DNA from: Geosiphon pyriformis uo1
Taxonomy: Eukaryota > Fungi > Glomeromycota
Assembly (NCBI GenBank): GCA_016748015.1
Contig: JAAOMT010000257.1
Location: 1-7,695 of the forward strand
DNA: 7,695 bases
Reading direction: 5' to 3'
Positions within the stretch are counted from its first letter, which is position 1. Every line of letters starts with the position of its first letter. Position numbers and translations under genes: made by a program. This document shows, in pieces, positions 1 through 7,695 of the stretch. Under the pieces are notes generated by a model that saw only the letters and a program-made list of their open reading frames with translations, was not told the origin of the DNA and did not search any database.

Positions 1-22
1 GGGGGGGGGGGGGGGGGGGGGG
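1..22. repeat. Terminal poly-G homopolymer (22 G)
   Basis: Seen directly. Probably a contig break at a G-tract, so the true length is unreliable. Confidence 0.9.
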
Positions 23-673
23 CGGTAACAGAAGTGATTTGTCAGCGCCCCAAGGCAGCATCGCTTGTACCCTATCCAATGTTGGCTGCATGGGCATCCA
101 TTACAGGGTCTATGGCGTCCTTTCTAGATCCTGTCCGAGGATAGGCAAAAATGGATATAAGGAATATTCCGACCATATTACTACTTACATGGCTTCTTAA
201 GCCAGGTGCGGTTGGCAAAAGCAGTCATTGTAGAATCGTTACCGTATCCTTCTTATCTGACCCAAGTCCCTACAGGATAGGTATGTAAAATAAGAGGTAA
301 TATATACGCTATAAGAGCTGAATTGGGGGCCTTGCAGGCGCTGCGGGCAAAATATCTTGTTTACCCATAAGGATATCTATAGGTATGGCAGGATAAACTA
401 GAATTAGGTCCCAATACGAATGCTAGCCAATACCCTCCATATCATACCTGTGCCCAATGTACACCAGGGGTCGTCTAAAAAGGATCCCAAAGTCCATGGG
501 ATTATGAGCAAGCTGAAAGCGCCTTATGGTTATCCAGTACCCAAATATAGGTATATGGGACAGATTAATGGTTACTGAGTGTGGCGACTTTGGCTCTCAC
601 CCCAGCTTGTACAGAAAATAAGTAGGGATTGGTATGCTCCAATAATAGGGGATGTTATAACAGGTTACGATAC

Positions 674-3285
674 TTAGGAGGAGCTTTCAAACTGGACGGT
701 ATCCTTATAAAAGCAATGGGGATCCTTATCGGGGGGGGGGGTCAGGATCTGCTTATCTAGTTGTACAGCCGTCTGGCATTTAAGGTAATTGTAGTACTCT
801 CTTCGCATTGGATGTCCAAGGGTCCACTTAGGAGCTTTGAAGCTTAAGGCTCCATGTATAGTTGTAAAGCAGGCTTTATCCCTAGGTAAGCGTAGATCCA
901 ATTCTAAGTAAAGTATCTGGTATCCATCATTGTAAATTGGATGGTATCATGTAATAAATAGAGATCACTTTAGTATGCTAACCAAGCTCTTTAACAAGGA
1001 CCTTATACGGTACCCAATTATGGGGAGGATAGTCAGGTAGTCCGTCAGGAGAGTAAATGGCACTATCTCTCTATAGGGCTCCAAACAAAAATTATCCATA
1101 TGGCGGTCGCTAATGAATCAAGTAAAAAGCACAAAATCCGACTTACTCTAAGGATAATGGCACCCTAAATCAAATTTCGCCCGTAGTGTCTTCAAGCTAT
1201 GGTGACTAAGGACTCGCTAGGGCTTTGTATTGGAGCTAGTATTAAGTAGAGGGCTCGCAAGTATGGGTAAATCCAACTGGGATCGTACTCAAAGTATAAA
1301 ATGGGATCCATATCCAAAGAGCCTACCCATGTAAGGCAAGATACCCTAATAAGGGCCCCGCAGAAAGCCATAGGTAAAAGCGATCGCCCTGTAACCTGGT
1401 TTATCTGATCCCCTAAATAGTATGGGACTGTCAAATAACGGTAAGGTCATGGGTTAAAAGCAGTCAATGGTAGCCATCTATGGGGTACTTAAGCAAGGCG
1501 CAAGTAGCTAGAGTCCCCGTCTTGGAGCCCCATAGAGCCCTTATCTAAAAAGGATGTTCAAGCATATGAAATTACTACCTTAATAGTAAGTACTCCCCAA
1601 TCAAAACTAGTAATTACTATCCATTAAATGCACTGTAAGTTATCTATCCTGTATTTGGTAGCTCGCCAAAACCAAGCATCTAGCCTCTAGTACAAAAATA
1701 CCTATGCTGTATTATGACATGTTGTATGCTTAAATGCCCAAAACACCATAAATCAAGTAGGATCCTGGTTATGCAAGTGTACCGTGTACCCAAAAGACTA
1801 CTTTTCTATAAAAATTAAGTACATATCCCATATCAGTACCCAAATCCAAGTATTCATAAAGAAAAGGCTTATAGCCATCCTCAAGCGATAAAGCGCGCAA
1901 GCATTTCTGGCTCCATTTCGCAGGGGGGCTTCGCTAGCATAGGAAGCCATAGTACCACAACCTTACTATAACATCTCCATAAAGATATAGGCTTAGTATA
2001 GCTATTTATAGGTATGGGTCGAGCAAAAGAGTCCCCCTCCGGGATCACTCATTCCCAGTACAAAAATACTCAGGATCTGGCGCCCTCAGCCTATTGCTCA
2101 AAGCACGATTAGCTTAAGTCAACCACTCTTCTTCCCTAGTCATGAGTAGAGCTCTAAGGCAGTATGGGAGGTCTTATGGTAACCCTTAGTCCTTGTGTGG
2201 GGGGATGTTGGGTCCTTATAACAAGTCATTAGGGGGCAAAAGGCAGGGGGTGGGGGGGCCAAATAGCCAATAGGGTAAGTTTTGACGGGGACTTGTATAT
2301 CACTAGAGTTGGTTGGTCCCATATCCCAATGTGTTACATGAGTTGTGGACTCTACTCTACCTTGTAGAGACTCCATGGTTAGGGGGGTACCAACTACCCT
2401 CCGGGCGGACTACGAATCTCAAAGATTTATGCCTCCTGTTACCATAAGGGTCCCAATAATACAAACTTACTGGTTGTGATCAAGTACTTTTGGCTACAAT
2501 TACCTGGCAATGTAGGGTCTTTAGGATACCAAGTATTGGCCCATGTAGCCTAAATTATGATTGTTGAGACCTAGGTAGCCTCTGGCACACTCTAGTAGTG
2601 CAAGAAAAAGGGCTGTGGTATCCAAGGGTCCAAGTACCGGGTGTCCAGGTAGGTACGGGTTCAAGGGGGTATCGAGTATGGCAGGGTCCCAAGTGGTGGG
2701 CAAAGTGAGTTGGATGTGTACAAGTATGCTTTGGGCATTTTTGTGGTGGTTGGCTATCGATAGAGGTATGGGTCGGAGGGGGCTAAATATATGTGTGGTC
2801 CAAATAGGTGCTTAGGGGAGGGGGGCATAGGGGAGGCGTAGGCATTAAGGGCTCTGAGATATGGTAAATGGTGTTATTAGTTGAAGTTGGTCAGGGCTCC
2901 TAAAGTTTAAGCTCAGTACAAGGGGGGTTATACTCATGATCTCAGCGTTTAAGGGTCAGGGGGGCTACTCAGTCGGGTTGTAAAGGAGACTCTCAGTATC
3001 TCGTGGTAGTAAAGGGTATTAGTGCAGGTCATGTAAAGTGAAAGGGCATTCTAGTAAGGGCTATGGGGCTTGTTAGGGCAGGTGGGTACAAGTAAAGTGC
3101 CCAAAGTGTTTTAGCTGTAGGTAAAGGTGCTGTAGTAGTCGTTGTTAAGGTATATTACAAAGGGTTGTTGCAGTAGGGGCTATAAGTCAAAGGAGTCTAT
3201 GTGTAAAAGCTGTCCAGGTAGAGTATCCACCCACAATATTTGACAGGGCAGGGGCAAGGGGGGTGGGATGTGTCAGAAAGGCCAT
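674..3285 (-). pseudogene. Decayed multi-exon protein-coding gene of unknown function (probably continues left of 674)
   Basis: ATG at 3285 (MAFLTHPTPLAPALSNIVGGYSTW...) is in frame with track ORF 2521-2703. Candidate introns at 2470-2436 (GTAAGT..GGTAAC.AG), a phase-1 intron ending at 1545, 1146-1110 (GTAAGT..TAG) and ~983-904 link to ORFs 1192-1434 and 674-901. Protein-like stretches include LRALSLEDGYKPFLYEYLDLGTDMGYVLNFYRKVVFWVHG. Many in-frame stops; their density in 2434-1618 is not clearly below random, so frame assignments are tentative. Confidence 0.5.
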
Positions 3286-3555
3286 AGCAAATCTCTATAT
3301 GCCGATTGCAGCCCGCATCGTACTGTAGGGTAGGTTGGTACCGCCAGGACGCAGCCATCCCGGGTGGTGGGGGGGGGGCCCTCCCCCCGCACTGCGTGCG
3401 GTTGGGGGAGGACGGGGGGCCCCGCCCGACTCCTGGGGGGGTGGGGGGGGGGTCAGAATAAGGGTTGGTACAAAGTAGAGGCTTCAGTAGTTACAAGGAG
3501 TTATCATCCAGGCTAAAAAGAGTACCAACAAAGGGGGTTTGTAGCCCGTAATACA
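3286..3555. promoter_or_regulatory. GC-rich, CpG-retaining intergenic spacer; candidate bidirectional promoter
   Basis: Lies between the two inferred divergent starts. 3300-3430 carries many CpGs although the flanks have few. Strand skew flips here: G-rich on + to the left (about 2600-3300), C/A-rich on + to the right. Promoter function is inference. Confidence 0.4.
3380..3411. other. GC-rich hairpin / inverted repeat
   Basis: CCGCAC (3387-3392) pairs with GTGCGG (3396-3401) around a TGC loop. CCTCCCC (3380-3386) pairs with GGGGAGG (3405-3411) with a 3-nt bulge. Confidence 0.7.
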
Positions 3556-3769
3556 ATACCTATCTCTAGCCAACTCTCCTAGACCAAAAATCCTACACAA
3601 GTGAACAAGTTGTCAAGTCTCCTATCATATTTTAGGATATTCTCCCTTTAAGAACTGGGCTGTATCAAAATCATAGCCTACCTAAGGGTACTACAACAGA
3701 CCTCCAAGTATTGGCTCCAAAGGACTACCTCCCCAACCATATAAGCAATCTATCCAAACCATTTCCAGG

Positions 3770-3824
3770 GTAGACAGGCTGAGGCGTTTAGTCCCATTAT
3801 TACCCATAGGCTAACACCCAATAG
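3770..3824 (+). other. Candidate spliceosomal intron (55 nt)
   Basis: GT at 3770, branch GCTAAC at 3810-3815, TAG acceptor at 3824. Spacing is typical of fungal introns. Confidence 0.55.
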
Positions 3825-4199
3825 GACCAAAGTACGCCCTACTACAATGGGCAAAGTCAAAGGAGCCATAAATCCATATTTCTATGACGGTTCCGCCCAG
3901 GGGGCATTAAGACTATTGTTTAGAGTAGGGTATGATTTGTACCCAGTGTGGCCAAAAGGACACCTTATCAATTACCAATCCATCCAGTAAGTACTACCTA
4001 ACTATCGCTAATTACTCAAGCACTACCAATCAACGAGAATACCGAGGTTCCAAATACTAGGGTAGCGTACTCATGGGATCCCAGTAATGTGCCATAAAGG
4101 GGACCCTATAACTGTCTAACAAAATCCCTCCAAACCAATCTGCCATCCTCCTTACAAGTTATATGGATATTCCTTTATGGTGGCTTAGTAACAGGACCC

Positions 4200-4225
4200 A
4201 TATGTATAACCAATATGTATAACCA
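4200..4225. repeat. Perfect 13-bp tandem duplication ATATGTATAACCA x2
   Basis: Seen directly at 4200-4212 and 4213-4225. Confidence 0.9.
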
Positions 4226-5070
4226 TACTGACCAAAACCCAAATAACCTTTAACCATAAACAAAAGTTTCCAATGTCAACGGCTATAATACCAAGCAAAG
4301 GGAGGGTACTGAAGTCCCCATACTTTGGCTACCATTCATAAAGTCTCATCCTATACCACCATCCTCAAAACTCTAGGTAGGCATACTATTAACCAGTCTT
4401 GCTCTCCATTACCTACCCAACCAGCCTGAGTAGAATTGTTCAAGTACCCAAAGTAAAGTAAGATGCCAATGGTTGGTATATGGCTATCAGGGGATACCCA
4501 CAATTCCTGAACAATACTACCAGATCAAGCATACCTACATCAAACAATCCCGGGCAGCTTGTCCTATTTTAAAGCTCCAAAGCTTGGGACATTGTAACCC
4601 ATCCAAGCCATATCCCATATACCCTTACAATAACCAAGTACCTACCATCCCCAACCGTCGTCAGTCTATACTCATATGACAATGATCTAACTATTGTGCT
4701 TACAATGTGTCTACCATCTATATGCCTATACACTTTGCAGTACTGGGGGTATGGCTACACACTTATCTATCTAGCCAAATACCACCCGTGTATCCATGGG
4801 CTGTAGTACTCATAAGCTTAGGGGGTGTAAACCAACCCACACCAACCCCTCAGGTGGATCTCCCCTAACTCCCCGTAAGGCACAAAAACCAAATCATACT
4901 GGTATCCAACAATACCATAGTATGCCCAATGCTTTATGGCACAAGAGGCAGATCACGAACAACTTGGTCCCCAATCCATGCTTACCAACCGTAGCCATAA
5001 AGTACTAAAATCAAAGCCAAATAGTACTCCTGTTGGGGCAGGTCATGAGTTACAAAGGGAAAATAAAAAG

Positions 5071-5119
5071 GTATCCATTGGACTTGTCTTACCTATGGCA
5101 ATCCTCACTAAGTACTCAG
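5071..5119 (+). other. Candidate spliceosomal intron (49 nt)
   Basis: AAG|GTATCC ... CACTAAG ... CAG|. Removal joins ORF 4936 (..RENKK) in frame to ORF 5033 (NPFATIEV..). Confidence 0.55.
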
Positions 5120-5140
5120 AACCCCTTTGCAACAATTGAA

Positions 5141-5345
5141 GTACTACTGTACACATCCGTCTCGGACCCCATAATAGGTATCCCCAGCCACTCACTTTTC
5201 AAGATCAGAGATGTACACAAACAGGTTATGAGGTAGTACAACCCATAGGAGAGAGTAATGACTGTTTGGGCATATGGAGCCTACTATAAGGTAACAACCA
5301 TTAGCCTATAGCCTCCTAATAGCCTCCAGGCGGCCTGACGCAGAG
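5141..5345. repeat. 205-bp direct repeat, copy 1
   Basis: Identical by eye to 5365-5569 (GTACTACTGTACAC...CTGACGCAGAG). Confidence 0.97.
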
Positions 5346-5364
5346 AGATGTGTATAAGAGACAG
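5346..5364 (+). other. Tn5 mosaic end / Illumina Nextera adapter (AGATGTGTATAAGAGACAG); library contamination
   Basis: Exact 19/19 match to the engineered Tn5 mosaic end, placed exactly between the two 205-bp copies. Confidence 0.98.
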
Positions 5365-5569
5365 GTACTACTGTACACATCCGTCTCGGACCCCATAATA
5401 GGTATCCCCAGCCACTCACTTTTCAAGATCAGAGATGTACACAAACAGGTTATGAGGTAGTACAACCCATAGGAGAGAGTAATGACTGTTTGGGCATATG
5501 GAGCCTACTATAAGGTAACAACCATTAGCCTATAGCCTCCTAATAGCCTCCAGGCGGCCTGACGCAGAG
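5365..5569. repeat. 205-bp direct repeat, copy 2 (probable artifactual duplication)
   Basis: Identical to 5141-5345 and starts immediately after the mosaic end. Confidence 0.97.
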
Positions 5570-5854
5570 GGCCATATACCAAAATACAGGGATGGTTATC
5601 CTACCTTTTAGCAGTCCTTGCTCATATGGATCCATACCAATACTGGGTAGTAGAGGTCGACTGGCAATCCCTTCTGACTGCTTACCAATGAAGGGTAACT
5701 ACAGGATAAGGCACCGCTGGATCAAGTCCCATATAGTTACCTGTCAATACGGTAGCTTTGTGCAACCCACCAAGTGGCCAAAGCAGCCGGCGAATATAGC
5801 CTTGCTATCTCAGAAGGGCTGTGAAGCGAGGGAGTTAGAGTAGGTAAATGGAAA

Positions 5855-5912
5855 GTACGTACAAATTCTGACTTGTAATGGCAAGTGGGGGGGGGGGGGG
5901 GATTACTAATAG
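5855..5912 (+). other. Candidate intron (58 nt) containing a G15 tract
   Basis: GTACGT donor, G-run 5887-5901, TACTAAT branch, then AG. Removal joins the ORF 5592 frame (..VNGK) to the ORF 5878 frame (MCMYRVKP..). Confidence 0.55.
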
Positions 5913-6127
5913 GATGTGTATGTATAGGGTAAAACCCATAAAGGGTGTGCTTATCAGGTTGCCTCCTATTAAGGGGGGCATAGTCTATCAAGAGTCCCCA
6001 ACTCCTACCATCCATCTCTATAGGGCTCCAATCTATAGTAAGGGTACAGTTCACAAAATAAGTCGTAAGTAAGATACTGACTATATACAGGGTCTCAAGG
6101 CTTATGGCAGAGTTTATGGCAATAACA

Positions 6128-6195
6128 GTACGACCAACAGGATCCTCCATACAGACGGGCAGGATTGAGTGGTACTAACATATGCCCTTGTATAG
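6128..6195 (+). other. Candidate intron (68 nt)
   Basis: GTACGA donor, consensus TACTAAC branch near 6173-6179, TAG acceptor at 6195. Confidence 0.55.
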
Positions 6196-7657
6196 GCAGG
6201 TATAAAGGAGTCAGCAGTAGAAGAGACTAAGGGCTATGGCCAAACCTGATGTCGTATAAGGGCTGTATCCCACTTAAGAGGGGCTCCTGCAAGGATGTCG
6301 GAGTAGTAGCAAGACAGGGGATGGCCAGGCAGGGTACAGAAAAGTACTTAAGGCTAATACCTCTCATGTGTTTTTAGAATTGATAAGTAAGATGCTCATG
6401 GTTGTGGGGCTTGTAATCCATATACGCCTTACCCCAACCCACCCCCAAAAGAGCTCCTAAATCCAAGCAAGCTTTTCAAGCATGGCGCAAACTGGTGTAA
6501 GCTAAAGGGCGCATCAGCTATAAAAGCCATCAGATAGAGAGAAACCAATCTACGGCTTATACCAATACCCGTCGAGTCCCCTTTGATTAGCCCCAGGCTC
6601 TAGCCTTGTGAACAATTAGACAGGGATCAGAGTGGTCCCAAAAGGTAGCCATAATTAGTACTGTGCCGTATGTACTGAGTCCTAAATAGGTCCATCTAGC
6701 AATCAGTAGGTATGCGCCTCAGTATATAAGGGAGGCGAAGCATCAAAGCAAGGGGGGGGGGCTTGCACAGAGGGGGTCCCAATATCATGCGAATAACCAA
6801 GCAGGTCTGAATCCAATAGCCCCAAACTGAAGAGAGCCTGTACATGTCTGTATATTCAAGTACAATAAGGGGAGGGGGGCGGTTATGTGGGGGGCAAGCA
6901 GTGCGTTAGGTATTGGATGGCCCATATGGGATGCAACTCGGCGATCACCAGTATCTCCCTGATAGTCCATAGTTCTAGAAGTATATCCAGATTCCCTTGT
7001 ATACTACACATACTTGTCTTACCCTCCAGGGGGAGTACCTACAAACCATTTAGGAATGGACCTATTGAGTGTAGTACCCAAGGGCTTACCCTACCCACCA
7101 CTGTAGGTCTACTGATTCTTACAAATCCAGAGACGGTTACTAGGCAAAACCATCCTAACTTAGATACCAATCAACAAAAACGAGTGGGGGGGGGTACTGG
7201 TCCTAAAGCCCAACCTCGCCCCCTCCACTACTCCCCAATACCCAACATGGGGGGACTCCTACAAGTATACTACCCAACCATCACCATACCCACCCACCAA
7301 GACCCAAACCCATCCCCAAATGTTGTAAAGTAAAGCTATTCAGGTGTAAGGTATGCCCAAATACGGGATCCCTCAGGGCCAAAATACATCCTTGTGTAAG
7401 TTGCTTGCATAACCGCAAGTCCGTCTAAAGTAGGTCCATTAATATACTTATTACCTAGTATAAGTTACCCAACCAAGGACACTCTATTGGGATTTTAGGT
7501 TCAACCCCAACAAGGTAAAGTACCAATCAAACCACTATAATGGGGGGGGTCCTACAAAAACAAATGCGCATGTCCAAATACAGAGTCCTTGACAAAAAAA
7601 GGGGCTAGTACATCCAGGACCCTTGTGACCTGTAATACATGTAGGCCCAGAAATAGT

Positions 7658-7695
<38 letters not shown>
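7658..7695. repeat. Terminal poly-G homopolymer (38 G)
   Basis: Seen directly. Either a contig end at a G-tract or two-colour-chemistry no-signal poly-G. Confidence 0.9.

Larger units (their letters stand above)
3556..7657 (+). pseudogene. Decayed multi-exon protein-coding gene(s) of unknown function; best supported over 3556-6667
   Basis: Possible mutated start ACAATA (ATG->ATA) at 3556. Candidate introns 3770-3824, 4875-4920, 5071-5119, 5647-5693, 5855-5912, ~6038-6090, 6128-6195 and 6334-6377. Four of them (4875, 5071, 5647, 5855) join the frames of track ORFs 4473, 4936, 5033, 5592 and 5878 in phase, once the artifact 5346-5569 is removed. Scattered in-frame stops, mostly TAA/TAG. No recognisable domain. 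Confidence 0.6.

Noticed and set aside
3380-3411. Hairpin as a CRESS-virus/geminivirus origin or a rho-independent terminator
   Set aside because: The 3-nt loop has no TAATATTAC-like nonanucleotide, no Rep motifs are seen, there is no U-tract, and the context is eukaryotic.
3880-3894. FYDGS, resembling the RNase H 'YTDGS' motif
   Set aside because: Isolated short match without the other catalytic residues, and out of frame with the preferred model.
4558-4698. LVLF*SSKAWDIVTH ... SYDNDLTIV, resembling non-LTR RT 'KAFD' and 'YADD' motifs
   Set aside because: The motifs are far too close together, there is no PQG between them, and a different frame fits the spliced gene model better.
5141-5569. 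Direct repeats as LTRs, a TSD, a CRISPR unit or a natural Tn5 insertion
   Set aside because: The spacer is exactly the synthetic mosaic end. Tn5 makes 9-bp duplications. There are no TG..CA ends, no PBS/PPT, no transposase and only two copies.
5737-6150. 137-aa minus-strand ORF
   Set aside because: Antisense to the better-supported plus-strand exon/intron chain. Its poly-Pro comes from the G15 tract.
6887-7333. Longest ORF (148 aa) as a standalone CDS
   Set aside because: Non-ATG start, low-complexity Pro/Thr-rich tail and no motif. More likely a chance or partial frame within decayed sequence.
7365-7515. GIPQG (7365-7379) followed by FRFNPNK, resembling reverse transcriptase motifs
   Set aside because: No YxDD-like motif lies between them, the spacing (~43 codons) is too short, and no upstream RT motifs are visible.
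1-7695. Poly-G at both ends as terminal repeats or evidence of a circular element
   Set aside because: Homopolymer ends are a common assembler break point, and no unique sequence is shared between the two ends.

Overview
Eukaryotic, most likely fungal, DNA with no intact gene and no recognisable protein domain. CpG is visibly scarce and TpA common, which fits heavy C->T/G->A decay of repeated DNA (RIP-like and/or 5mC deamination). By manual translation the window reads best as two divergent (head-to-head), intron-rich pseudogenes. One is on the minus strand from an ATG at 3285 leftwards. The other is on the plus strand from about 3556 rightwards. Several ORFs in the supplied track join in phase across short GT..AG introns of about 35-70 nt. 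Between the two is a ~270 bp spacer with a GC-rich, CpG-retaining core, a hairpin and G-tracts. The most certain feature is technical: an exact 19-bp Tn5/Nextera mosaic end (5346-5364) between two identical 205-bp copies, i.e. an adapter-driven assembly artifact. The contig starts and ends in poly-G. The family of the decayed genes, and whether they belong to a large mobile element, cannot be determined without searches.
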